Assembly (NCBI GenBank): GCA_964476125.1
Contig: CAYZAE010000007.1
Location: 10,290-74,289, forward strand
Length of the DNA: 64,000 nucleotides
Direction: 5' to 3'
Origin: an uncultured Verrucomicrobiota bacterium
GTDB taxonomy: Bacteria; Verrucomicrobiota; Verrucomicrobiia; Limisphaerales; CAIMTB01
The position numbers were made by a program, and so were the translations under genes. Every line of letters starts with the position of its first letter. Within the stretch, counting starts at the first letter, position 1. The notes under the pieces are model-generated. The model saw nothing but the letters and a program-made list of their open reading frames with translations, had not been told where the DNA came from and searched no databases. This document shows positions 38,822 to 47,998 of this stretch, in pieces.

Positions 38822-39255
38822 ACAAGGTTGTATCGGCAGCCGGAGCGCCTGGGATTGGCGCGGATCTGGAGGGGCACCTCGCCCTGTGCCGGGAGGTGCT
38901 GGAGTTGGTGGAGCGGGAGGGGGAGGCGTTGCGGCAGCCTGGAGAGTTTGAAGGCAGGGACTTCGCGGTGCGTCGGGCGTCGCTGCTGCCGCGTCTGGAG
39001 AAGTCTCTGGGTGCGCTGCGGCATGCCCGGGAGGCCTGGCTGCGGCTCGACCCGAGGGTGAGGAGCCGGCAGACTGATCTGGATTCGCTGCTTCGCGACA
39101 ATCAGAATTTGATCATGAAAATCATCGTCCTGGACAGGGAGAACGAGCAGGCGCTGCTGCGGCGCGGCCTGCTGCCTCCGGGACATCTGCCGACCTCGCA
39201 GAGCCAGCGTCCGCACATGGTGGCGGCCCGGTACGCCAAGAACCTCCCAGCCTGA
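38818..39255 (+). CDS. Small helical hypothetical protein, possibly FlgN-like
   Basis: 145 aa. ATGA overlap with the TPR gene. Helical heptad pattern with LLRDNQNLIMKIIVLDRENEQALL, reminiscent of the FlgN family. Weak call. Confidence 0.4.
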   Translation: MNKVVSAAGAPGIGADLEGHLALCREVLELVEREGEALRQPGEFEGRDFAVRRASLLPRLEKSLGALRHAREAWLRLDPRVRSRQTDLDSLLRDNQNLIMKIIVLDRENEQALLRRGLLPPGHLPTSQSQRPHMVAARYAKNLPA

Positions 39256-39264
39256 CGAGGAGCA

Positions 39265-40764
39265 ATGCCCATCGAGCGGATTCTCGTACTCGAAGACGAT
39301 CTGATCGTCCGTAAGAACCTGGAGCAGCAGCTGCGCCAGCGTCGGTACGAGGTCGTGGCGGTTTCGACCCTCGCCGCGGCGCAGGAACAGCTCGGTCGTG
39401 ATTCGTTTGATTTGATGTTCGTCGATGTCCGGCTTCCGGACGGCGAGGGCACGGATCTGCTGCGGATGGTGAAGCAGCGGCCCCAGAGTCCCCTGGTGGT
39501 TTTCGTGACCGGATTTGGTTCCGTGGAGTCGGCGGTGGACTGCATGCGGAACGGCGCCTTCGATTATTTGATCAAGCCCTTCTCGGCGGATCAGATCGAG
39601 ATCACGCTGCGGAAGGCGACGGAATTCACGCAGTTGTTGAAGGTCAGCCGCCTGTTGAACCAGGAGGATGAGGAGACCGGGTACGAGCTGCTCGGGCCGA
39701 GTCCAGCGATCGAGAATCTCCGGGCGCTGATCCGGCGGGTGGGGCGGACGGATGCCACGGTGCTGATCCAGGGGGAGAGCGGCACGGGCAAGGAGTTGGT
39801 GGCGCGCACGCTGTATCGGGAGAGCCCGCGGGCCGGGGCGCCCTTCATCAAGCTCAACTGCGCCGCGGTCTCTGAAAGCCTGATCGAGAGCGAGTTTTTC
39901 GGACACGAGAAGGGGGCGTTCACCGGCGCGCTGAGCAAGCGCGAGGGGCGTTTCGAGCTGGCCCATGGGGGTACCCTGCTCCTGGATGAGATCAGCGAGA
40001 TCAGCCCCACGGTCCAGGCCAAACTCCTGCGGGTGCTTCAGGAAAGGGAGTTCGAACGGGTCGGCGGCGCCCGGACCATCAAGGTGGACGTCCGCGTGAT
40101 CGCCACCACCAACCGTCTGCTCGAGCAGAGCGTGGAGCGGAAGGAGTTTCGTCAGGATCTCTATTTCCGGCTCAACGTGGTTCCGATTCGCGTGCCGCCG
40201 TTGCGCGAGCACCGGGAGGACGTGCCTTTTCTCGCCCAGCATTTCCTGCAGCGTTTTGCCCGCAAGCACGGCGTGCGGGTGCGCGGGATCGCGGAGGAAT
40301 GTCTGCAGGCGTTGAGCCGGCACGACTGGCCGGGCAATGTGCGGGAACTCCAGAACGTCATCGAGCGTGCGGTGATTCTCTGCGGGGACGCCCCGAATCT
40401 GGAGACTGAACACTGCTGCCTGCCGGCCTCCTCGCGCGGGGGCCCGACTCCCGCGGTCGCCGCGGCCCCGGCCTGTGTGCTCACCCCGGAGTCCGGTTCC
40501 AACGGCGCAGCCGCAATCCCGGCCGCGGTTCCGCCCCACGGAACCGAGCCGATGATGACCCTCTACGACCTGGAGAAACGGCACATCCTCAACACGCTGG
40601 AGCAGTGCAACAACAACCGCACCCAGGCGGCCCGGCTGCTCGAAATCAGCGTGCGCACCCTCCGGAACAAACTGCATGAATACGGCGTCATGCCGGCGGT
40701 GGCTCCGGAGGCGGATTCGGAGGATGCGGCGACTCCGGTGACCGCCGACGGCAAGTCCGCCTGA
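39265..40764 (+). CDS. sigma54-dependent response regulator (NtrC/FleR/FlrC class enhancer-binding protein)
   Basis: 499 aa. REC (ILVLEDD...[13 protein letters not shown]), AAA+ ([21 protein letters not shown]), and C-terminal Fis-type HTH ([20 protein letters not shown]). Confidence 0.93.
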   Translation: MPIERILVLEDDLIVRKNLEQQLRQRRYEVVAVSTLAAAQEQLGRDSFDLMFVDVRLPDGEGTDLLRMVKQRPQSPLVVFVTGFGSVESAVDCMRNGAFDYLIKPFSADQIEITLRKATEFTQLLKVSRLLNQEDEETGYELLGPSPAIENLRALIRRVGRTDATVLIQGESGTGKELVARTLYRESPRAGAPFIKLNCAAVSESLIESEFFGHEKGAFTGALSKREGRFELAHGGTLLLDEISEISPTVQAKLLRVLQEREFERVGGARTIKVDVRVIATTNRLLEQSVERKEFRQDLYFRLNVVPIRVPPLREHREDVPFLAQHFLQRFARKHGVRVRGIAEECLQALSRHDWPGNVRELQNVIERAVILCGDAPNLETEHCCLPASSRGGPTPAVAAAPACVLTPESGSNGAAAIPAAVPPHGTEPMMTLYDLEKRHILNTLEQCNNNRTQAARLLEISVRTLRNKLHEYGVMPAVAPEADSEDAATPVTADGKSA

Positions 40765-40791
40765 GGCGCGTCCGGGAGAGGCGCGTCCGGG
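40763..40791. repeat. Exact 14-nt tandem direct repeat (GAGGCGCGTCCGGG x2, 1-nt spacer)
   Basis: Read directly. It begins inside the TGA stop of the sigma54-activator gene. Confidence 0.8.
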
Positions 40792-40918
40792 GGGTGCCGA
40801 TCCGACCTAGCGCCCGGGCGGGGGGGCGGTTGGGGTGGGCCTGCGGGCGCAGCCCGGCAGGAGGCATCCCGGTTCGGGATGGACCGTGACCGGGTTGGGT
40901 CCGGAGAGAAGGCGGATT

Positions 40919-41434
40919 TCAGGCCTTGGCGAACTCGAGGGCGTCGACTTCCTGGGGAGCGAGGATTCGGTCGAGATCGATGAGCAGTTTCACGAGTCCC
41001 CTGCTCTTGGCCACTCCCAGCAGATAGCGGGTATCCACGTCCGTTCCAAAGTCCGGGGTGGCCTCGATTTCCTGGGGATTGATGGTCATCACTTCCTCGA
41101 CAGCATCGACCACCAACCCGGTTTCGCGGCGCATTCCGGATCCGATCTGGATCTGAACGACGACGATGCACGTGTGCTCGGTGGTGGTTGGATCGGGGAA
41201 GCCGAAGCGCATGCGAAGATCGATCACGGGAATGACCTTGCCTCGGAGGTTGATGACCCCCCGGACGAAGTCGGGCATCTGGGGAACCCGGGTGATATCC
41301 GTCATGCGGATGATTTCGCGAACCTTACGGACGTCGACGGCGTAGGATTCCTCCATCAGCGCGAAGGTGAGGTATTTGCCGCCGTGTCGGGACTCGGTCG
41401 GAAGGGTGGGAAGAGCCTTCTCGGGGGTGGTCAT
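40919..41434 (-). CDS. cheW: Chemotaxis coupling protein CheW
   Basis: 171 aa. YLTFALMEESYAVDVRKVREI...VPQMPDFVRGVINLRGKVIPVIDLR. Confidence 0.92.
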   Translation of the reverse strand: MTTPEKALPTLPTESRHGGKYLTFALMEESYAVDVRKVREIIRMTDITRVPQMPDFVRGVINLRGKVIPVIDLRMRFGFPDPTTTEHTCIVVVQIQIGSGMRRETGLVVDAVEEVMTINPQEIEATPDFGTDVDTRYLLGVAKSRGLVKLLIDLDRILAPQEVDALEFAKA

Positions 41435-41541
41435 TGGGGGTGTGGGCCTTTGGCGTTAACGGACCGGATGGGCGTCCACGGGCCGGACGCAGGGGCAGCG
41501 GGAGAGGGGGGACGGATTCCACCGGGACTCACGCCATTCCA

Positions 41542-41568
41542 GCATCGGCAGAATTCGGGCGGACCTGA
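41542..41568 (-). promoter_or_regulatory. sigma28-type promoter of cheW
   Basis: Minus strand reads TCAGGTCC-N11-GCCGATGC, about 100 nt upstream of the cheW ATG. Confidence 0.45.
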
Positions 41569-41597
41569 GCGGGGATGCGGGAGCAAAGGCAGGCGGG

Positions 41598-44348
41598 CTA
41601 GGCGGGAGCCGACGGGGAGGGTGGAGGCGGTCCGGCTGGATCGGAAGCGGGGGGTTCGGTTCCCGCGGGAGGGGGTGTGGAGGCGCCGGACTGGCGGCAG
41701 GCGGCCTGGATGGCCTTGATCAGGGCGTCGCCGGTGAAGGGTTTTTCGAGGAAGTGAACGCGGGATTCCGCGGCGTCCCGGGCGTCTTCCCGATGATCCT
41801 GGGAGCCGCTCATGACGAGGATGGGGACGGTGGGGGAGATTTTCCGCACGGCGCGGATGAACGCCGGGCCCTCCATTCCGGGCATCATCATGTCGGTGAT
41901 CACGACCCTGAACGTATCCGGAGCCTGGGCCAGATAACGGATGGCTTCGGTGCCGTTGGCGGTGGTGACGGCGCGGTAGTGATAGCCCTGGAGCACCTTT
42001 CGGACGCTTTCGCAGACGGCTTCCTCGTCGTCGAGGACCAGAACCTTCTCCCCCTGGCCATCGAAGACGCAGACCTGCTCCGGGGCGGGCGGATCGAATT
42101 CCGCGGGAGCGACGGCGGGAATGAAGAGGCGGAAGCGGGTGCCGTGACCGACGCGCGAGTGGACTTCAAGGAAGCCCTGGTGGGCCTTGACGATGTTGGT
42201 GACGGTGGGCAGTCCGAGGCCGGTGCCTTTGCCGGGTGCCTTGGTGGTGAAGAACGGGTCGAAGATACGGTCGATGATCTCGGGGGGGATGCCTTCGCCG
42301 GTGTCCGTGATTTCGAGCAGCACGTAGGGCCTGGGTTGGGCCTCCGGGGTCATCTGGCAGAAGATGGCATCGGCGCGGAAGTTGGAGGCGGCGATATTGA
42401 GTCGGCCGCCGTTGGGCATGGCGTCGCGTGCGTTGACGCACAGGTTGAGCAGCACCTGGTGCAGTTGGACCACGTCGCCGACGATGGCCCAGAGGTCGGG
42501 AGCCAGGTAGGTGGAGAAGGAGATGTTTTTCGGGAAGGTTTCGCGGGCGAGCCGGCTCATTTCCTTGAGCAGCTGGTCAACCCGGAGTTCAACGCGGTCG
42601 ATTTCCTGTCCCCGGCTGAAGGCGAGGAGCTGACGGACCACGCCGGCGCCGCGTTCGGCGCTGTTGCGGACCAGTTCGATCAGTTCGGCGTCGTTGGGAT
42701 CCTGGTTCCGGCCTGCGAGGCAGTCAGCCACCATCAGAATCGGGGAGAAGACATTGTTCAGGTCGTGGGCCACCCCGCTGGCGAGAGCGCCGATGCATTC
42801 CAGGCGCTGCGCGCGGAGGAACTGCTGCTCCAGTCGCTTGCGGTCGGTGAGGTCGGTGCTGACGATCAGGATCGACTTGGGTTTTCCGCTGGCATCGCGG
42901 ACCAGGCTGAATCGGCTTTGGGTCTGGATGACGCGGCCGCCGCGGCCGGCCTGGGTGAGTTCGCCGGTCCAGGAGCCCAGGGAGATGACGTCGGCCTGGG
43001 CCTGGAGGAGTTCCTTGGAGACGCGGCCGAAGAGGAGGTCCTGACCCGGGGCTCCCAGGACCTCGTCGCGGGTCCAGCCATAGAGACGTTCGGCGGCTGG
43101 ATTCCAGAATTCGATGCGCCCGTCGAGGGATTGCACGCAGATCGCATCCTGGGCGATGTCGAGGAGGGCGGCCTGTTCGCGCAGCCTGCTTTCGTCCGAC
43201 CGCCGCGCCGTGGTGTCCTGGACCATGGCGAGCCGGCCGAGTGGGCGGCCGTCCTCGCGCCGGAGGAACACGGCGGTGACATTGCCCCAAACCCGGGAGC
43301 CGTTCCTGCCGAGGTAGCATTGTTCGAGCCGGTAGACTTTGTGGGGGGAGGCTTCCGACTGGGAGAGCAGCTCGCGGCAGGCGGGAAGGCATTCCTCGTG
43401 GATGACCTCGAGGATGTTGCGTCCGAGCAGTTCCTTCTGGGAGCAGCCGAGCATTTCGGCGAATGCGCGATTGACCTGGGTGAACCGTCCCTCGGCATCC
43501 GTCAGGATCAGCCCGAGCGGTCCCTCCTCGAACACGAGCCGGAAACGGGCCTCGCTTTCAGTGAGTCGGAGGTTGATGGCCTGGGCGTCCTGAAGCCTTT
43601 GCTGGACGTCGCGGAAGGAGCGCCGGAGCCAGAGGAGACCGATGATCCAGCAGGCGCCGAGACCGGCGCAGGCGGCCTTGGCGGGGTTCGAGGGGTCCGA
43701 AGGGCCGGTGTCGAGGGGAATGCTGACACTGATGCCCCCGACCACTTCGCCCACGGCGCGCCGAGCGGGTGCATGACATACGCTGCACTGGGCATCGAGG
43801 ATCACGCCGCCCAGGTATCGGAGCACGGGGCGGCCCTGAAGTGTAACGTGTTCCCCGACCGCACGTTCGAGCAGGGTCAATCGCTTGAGCGCCGCGGCCT
43901 CCCAGGCGTCCGGAACGAGGCTTTCAGCGGCCCCCGGGGCGGCGTCGAGGCCAAGCATGCGGGCCCGCGGCAGCTCCCCGTCCGGTGCGGATTCCGTCGT
44001 CGATCGGCGGCGGTGGGTGGGGCTGACCAGAGTCAGTTTCTGTCCCGTGGGTGTGGATAGGTCGCGTTGGGGAAGGCGTTCGAGACGCGGATCGGGCGTG
44101 AGTTGCTCCGTGACGGTGGCGTAGACGCCGCCGAGGCCGGCGTCGGCGGAGTGCAGACGAAGTTCCGAACGGCAGATCTCCTCCGCCCGGATTCGCGCTG
44201 CCGCCGATTTGGCGCGATGAGAATCGCCGAGGACGATCGCTGCCACGAAGGCAACGACCGCGGTCCAGCCGGCGGTCCAGCCCCAGAATACGAACCGGGC
44301 GGACCCCCAGGCCGACGAGAAGCCCGGCCTTTCGCTGTGAACGCTCAT
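41598..44348 (-). CDS. Hybrid sensor histidine kinase: TM / CXXCH (DUF3365-like heme-c) sensor / TM / PAS-PAS / HisKA-HATPase / REC
   Basis: 916 aa. [12 protein letters not shown]...[10 protein letters not shown] in the extracytoplasmic part, [13 protein letters not shown]-box, [12 protein letters not shown]-box, and a C-terminal receiver VLVLDDE...[12 protein letters not shown]. Confidence 0.88.
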   Translation of the reverse strand: MSVHSERPGFSSAWGSARFVFWGWTAGWTAVVAFVAAIVLGDSHRAKSAAARIRAEEICRSELRLHSADAGLGGVYATVTEQLTPDPRLERLPQRDLSTPTGQKLTLVSPTHRRRSTTESAPDGELPRARMLGLDAAPGAAESLVPDAWEAAALKRLTLLERAVGEHVTLQGRPVLRYLGGVILDAQCSVCHAPARRAVGEVVGGISVSIPLDTGPSDPSNPAKAACAGLGACWIIGLLWLRRSFRDVQQRLQDAQAINLRLTESEARFRLVFEEGPLGLILTDAEGRFTQVNRAFAEMLGCSQKELLGRNILEVIHEECLPACRELLSQSEASPHKVYRLEQCYLGRNGSRVWGNVTAVFLRREDGRPLGRLAMVQDTTARRSDESRLREQAALLDIAQDAICVQSLDGRIEFWNPAAERLYGWTRDEVLGAPGQDLLFGRVSKELLQAQADVISLGSWTGELTQAGRGGRVIQTQSRFSLVRDASGKPKSILIVSTDLTDRKRLEQQFLRAQRLECIGALASGVAHDLNNVFSPILMVADCLAGRNQDPNDAELIELVRNSAERGAGVVRQLLAFSRGQEIDRVELRVDQLLKEMSRLARETFPKNISFSTYLAPDLWAIVGDVVQLHQVLLNLCVNARDAMPNGGRLNIAASNFRADAIFCQMTPEAQPRPYVLLEITDTGEGIPPEIIDRIFDPFFTTKAPGKGTGLGLPTVTNIVKAHQGFLEVHSRVGHGTRFRLFIPAVAPAEFDPPAPEQVCVFDGQGEKVLVLDDEEAVCESVRKVLQGYHYRAVTTANGTEAIRYLAQAPDTFRVVITDMMMPGMEGPAFIRAVRKISPTVPILVMSGSQDHREDARDAAESRVHFLEKPFTGDALIKAIQAACRQSGASTPPPAGTEPPASDPAGPPPPSPSAPA

Positions 44349-44448
44349 CGGTGCCTACTCAAAGTTTCGTTGGGCACGGGATGGGACGCAAGCCTTTGGG
44401 GTTAGTCCGGAGAATCCCCGGGAAAGACCTGCGCCGATGACATCAAAG

Positions 44449-46071
44449 TCAGGAGTTAAGGGAATGATTGGGAAGGGTTTCTTGCGAATCCGCGGGAGCG
44501 GCGGTTCCCGGACGCGGAATGCGATTCAGGGTGCCGGTCCTCGCGCAGGCGGTGGTGTCGGCCGGCGTCGATGCGATCCAGGCCCCGGGATGCCCGGGGG
44601 CCGCATCACGGAGAAGGGAGGCCTCGCCACCGTCCACGAGGCGGACGAGGGTGTTGATGGTGCCGCGGAGGGAGTGAGCCTGGGCGGTGAGTTCCTCGGC
44701 GGCGCTGGCGCTCTCCTCGGCCGTGGCCGCGTTGCCCTGGGTGATGTCGTCGACGCGCCTGACCGTTTCGTTCACCCGTTGGATTCCGGCGTCCTGCTCG
44801 CGGGAGGCGTTGGCCAGTTCGCCGGCGAGCCGGTCGACCTCGCGGGATTTTTCGACGATGTCGCGGATGGAATGGGCGACCTGGTCGGTGATCTCGACGC
44901 CGTGGGCGCATTTGCGGACTGAATCCTCGATCTTGGCGGCGGTCTCCTTGGCGGCCTGGGCGCTGCGATGGGCGAGGTTGCGGACTTCGGAGGCGACAAC
45001 GGCGAAGCCGGCGCCCGCCTCCCCGGATCGGGCGGCTTCCACCGCGGCGTTGAGTGCGAGAATGCTGGTCTGGAAGGCGATCTCGTCGATGGTTTTGACG
45101 ATCTTGGCGATCTGGTCGCTGGAGGTCTTGATGGCGTCCATCGCCTGGGCCATGGCCTGCATGTCCTGGGCGGCGGCATCGCCGGCGACCCGCGCCTGCG
45201 AACTGAGTTCGCGGACCTGGGAGACGGCATTGACGTTGCGCTGCGTTAGCGCGGACATCTGGCGAAGGGAATCGCTGCCATCGTGGAGGGAAGCCGCCTG
45301 TTCGACGGCGCCGTCGGCGAGGGAACGGCTTCCGGCGGCGACGAGTCCCGCGGCGGCGGCTGTTTGTTCGGCGCCTTCGAGGAGGCTTTCGGCGAGGAAA
45401 CGGATGGGTTTGGCGACGAGGGACTGGACCACGAGGCTGAGGAGCAGGCCGGTGGTGACGAACAGGCCGATCCCGGTGAGGAACGAGGCGGACAAGGTGC
45501 TTCGGCCCACATTCGAGGCGAATTCCGCCCAGGCGGCCTTCTCGTCCTTGAGCCCCTGGTCGGAGAAGCGAAGGCTCATGACTCCGCAGATGTTGCCGGG
45601 GGCCCAGGTGGGGTGACACTCGATGCAGGAGGGTGTCACCGGGATGGGGACGTGGATGTCGAAGGATTGGTCGGTGTGGACCTTGAGTGTGTTGGGATCC
45701 TTGAGCAGACGGTTCTTGAGATCCGGGTCGATGAACTGGTGCATCCGGGAGGCGACGGTGGAGCGAGCGACCTGGCCGTCCTCGTCGGTGAGAGTGAGTT
45801 CGAGCAGGCCGGGGACGTTGGTGGAATGGGCCAGGAGTTTGTTGAACCGGTCCATTTCGCCGGCGGCCATGGCATCCATCAGCGGCAGTTGGAGGCTGGA
45901 ATGAAGCCGTTCGACCCAGCGCCATTGCCTGGCCTCCTCCCCCCGGGTGCTCTCGTGCGCGAATCGTTGGATGGACGACTGGGCTCGGAGATGCTGGAAG
46001 ACGGCGGCGATGAGATAGATGACGAGCAGTCCGGACACCAGGACTGCGATGAGTTTGGTCCTGAGCCTCAT
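44449..46071 (-). CDS. Methyl-accepting chemotaxis protein with CXXCH-containing periplasmic sensor domain
   Basis: 540 aa. TM1, PSCIECHPTW, TM2, and the conserved signalling hairpin EIAFQTSILALNAAVEAARSGEAGAGFAVVASEVRNLA. Confidence 0.92.
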   Translation of the reverse strand: MRLRTKLIAVLVSGLLVIYLIAAVFQHLRAQSSIQRFAHESTRGEEARQWRWVERLHSSLQLPLMDAMAAGEMDRFNKLLAHSTNVPGLLELTLTDEDGQVARSTVASRMHQFIDPDLKNRLLKDPNTLKVHTDQSFDIHVPIPVTPSCIECHPTWAPGNICGVMSLRFSDQGLKDEKAAWAEFASNVGRSTLSASFLTGIGLFVTTGLLLSLVVQSLVAKPIRFLAESLLEGAEQTAAAAGLVAAGSRSLADGAVEQAASLHDGSDSLRQMSALTQRNVNAVSQVRELSSQARVAGDAAAQDMQAMAQAMDAIKTSSDQIAKIVKTIDEIAFQTSILALNAAVEAARSGEAGAGFAVVASEVRNLAHRSAQAAKETAAKIEDSVRKCAHGVEITDQVAHSIRDIVEKSREVDRLAGELANASREQDAGIQRVNETVRRVDDITQGNAATAEESASAAEELTAQAHSLRGTINTLVRLVDGGEASLLRDAAPGHPGAWIASTPADTTACARTGTLNRIPRPGTAAPADSQETLPNHSLNS

Positions 46072-46089
46072 GATTCCGAGGGTGGGGGG

Positions 46090-47787
46090 CTAACTGAAAG
46101 TCTTGGTGAGATACTGAAGCTGCTGGTTGTTTCGCGCCTGGGCCGCCTCCATGGCGACGAAGTTGGCGGTCAGTCGTTCGATTTCCCCCAGGACCCATTT
46201 CTCCTGCGCGTCGATCTGCGGGGTGATGGCCTGGGCCTGGTTGTTGAGGGTGGTCTGGTGCGCGAGCAGCGTCCCCTCGTCACCGATGAATCGGTCCAAC
46301 AGGCTGTCGAACGACACCGCGAAGCCGAGGTCCTCGTTCGAGAAGAAATCCTTCAGACCCGCAAGGTTGCCTTCCAGGGCCGTGTCCAGGTTGTCGAGGT
46401 TCGCGGTGGAGAGGGCGTCGTCGTAGCCGTTCGAGGAGATGCCCAGGGATTCGAGCCGGATGACCGTCCCGTTGAGCCCCGAAATCGTCGAGGTGGCGAG
46501 GGAACGGAGCTGGGAAGCGAGGGCCCCGGCCTCGGGGTCGTCTGCCAGGATACCCGCCTTGACGGCGCCCTTGGCATCGGTGGAGGAGGCGGTGAGGGAG
46601 GCGATCTGGGACTGGCTGCTGTTGTAGGCTGAGACGAAATCGGTGATGGCCGACCGGATCCCTTCGGTGTCGGTTCCGACGTTGATGGTGAAGGTGTCCT
46701 GGGCCAGGGCGGTGACGCTGAGGCCGGTGAGCCCTGAACTGGACTCGTTGATGGTGTTGCTGAGGCTGGACAACGTGCTGCCCCCGTTGACGTTGTATTG
46801 GAGGTTTTTCCCCAGGTCCAGGGTGCCCCCGAGCAGTCCGGTGGCGGCCAGGAAATTGCTTCCCGCGCCGTCCTCCAGAGCGATGCCCGTGTTGCCTGTG
46901 CTGTTGTTCGTCAGCGTGAACCGGTCCTGGGTGGCGTCGTAGCCGGCGACAACCCCGGCGGCTGAGGCGTTGATGCGGGACAGGAGGTCGCCGACGGTAT
47001 CGGTGGAGGTGTCGTACTGGATGGTGACGCCGTTGATTTTGAATTCCCCTGCGCTGCCCCCGGTGATCGCCGTTCCGAAATTGGCCTCGTCCAGCGTGGA
47101 GTTGAGCCGGATGGCCCCGAGCTCGCCGTCGCTGGTGATGGTGGACTGGTTGTTGCTCGTCAACCGGGCGGCCTGCAGGAAGTTGCTGGTGTCGGTCACC
47201 GTGCCCAGAACGATCGAGGAAGCGGAGGACAGTGAGATTTTGTCCGTGTTCGGATCGTAGCTGGCGGTGACGTCGCCGCCGGTGGCGTCGGAGATCTTGG
47301 TGAAGACGGAAGCCAGGGAATCGGTGGATTCGATGCTGATCTGCTTTCCGTTAACGGTAAAAGTGCCTGCTGTGATGGTGTTGGCGAAGGGGGCGTCGCC
47401 CACGGTGATTCCCGAGAGGTCGGGGGTGGTGCCCAGGGCGGATCCGGCGCCGGCGGTGCCCAGCTGGCGGGAGGCGGTGGCGAGCTGGGTGATGTTGAAC
47501 TTGTACTGGCCGACGGTGGCTCCGGCGGAGGCGGTGGCGGTTCCGAGATCGGAATCGGAGGAGGAGGTGGTTCGGGAGTCGAAGAGCGCGGGGTCCTTCA
47601 GGGCTTGGACCTTGGCTTTAAGGATATCGAGATTGGTTTTTATGGCACCGAAGGCCTGGCTGCGGCCTTCGATCTTGGTTTGCTCGCTGAGCATGGTGCG
47701 CTGGGGAGCACGTTCCACTTCAGCGAGCTGGCTGATCAGCGATTGCCAGTCAAAGCCCGAGGCGAGGCCTGAAATTCCAAGATTCAT
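46090..47787 (-). CDS. fliD: Flagellar filament cap protein FliD
   Basis: ATG at 47787 (MNLGISGLASGFDWQSLISQL). Upstream in-frame codons overlap the sigma28 -10 element. C-terminal FliD signature ...RFIGDEGTL...EIERLTANFVAMEAAQ. Confidence 0.9.
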   Translation of the reverse strand: MNLGISGLASGFDWQSLISQLAEVERAPQRTMLSEQTKIEGRSQAFGAIKTNLDILKAKVQALKDPALFDSRTTSSSDSDLGTATASAGATVGQYKFNITQLATASRQLGTAGAGSALGTTPDLSGITVGDAPFANTITAGTFTVNGKQISIESTDSLASVFTKISDATGGDVTASYDPNTDKISLSSASSIVLGTVTDTSNFLQAARLTSNNQSTITSDGELGAIRLNSTLDEANFGTAITGGSAGEFKINGVTIQYDTSTDTVGDLLSRINASAAGVVAGYDATQDRFTLTNNSTGNTGIALEDGAGSNFLAATGLLGGTLDLGKNLQYNVNGGSTLSSLSNTINESSSGLTGLSVTALAQDTFTINVGTDTEGIRSAITDFVSAYNSSQSQIASLTASSTDAKGAVKAGILADDPEAGALASQLRSLATSTISGLNGTVIRLESLGISSNGYDDALSTANLDNLDTALEGNLAGLKDFFSNEDLGFAVSFDSLLDRFIGDEGTLLAHQTTLNNQAQAITPQIDAQEKWVLGEIERLTANFVAMEAAQARNNQQLQYLTKTFS

Positions 47788-47810
47788 GATTTGCCACCAA
47801 GGCAGATCCT

Positions 47811-47837
47811 TCATCGGAAACCGCTGGTGAAACTTGA
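47811..47837 (-). promoter_or_regulatory. sigma28-type promoter of fliD(-mcp-kinase)
   Basis: Minus strand reads TCAAGTTT-N11-TCCGATGA. This is the best match to the TAAAGTTT-N11-GCCGATAA consensus in the window. Confidence 0.6.
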
Positions 47838-47960
47838 GTCGGGGAAGGAAGGGAAGGGGGCGGGCGAGGGGGGGACAGATTTTCCCGGAGGCGGAAGGGG
47901 TGGGGGACGAAACTTCCGGTGGCAACCGGCTGGGGTGCGGATTGGCGGGGGGATCGCGGA

Positions 47961-47976
47961 TGGCATCACCCGTGCT
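47961..47976 (+). promoter_or_regulatory. sigma54 (-24/-12) promoter of the flgB fla operon
   Basis: TGGCAT-CACCC-GTGCT with the correct GG-N10-GC spacing. The predicted start is about 12 nt before the flgB ATG. Confidence 0.5.
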
Positions 47977-47998
47977 TCACCGGGTGCAGGACGCAATC

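Noticed and set aside
44433-44440. GCCGATGA (-10-like sigma28 element) on the plus strand between the MCP and the hybrid kinase.
   Set aside because: There is no TAAAG/TCAAG -35 at the required spacing, and its orientation would give only antisense transcription into the MCP gene.
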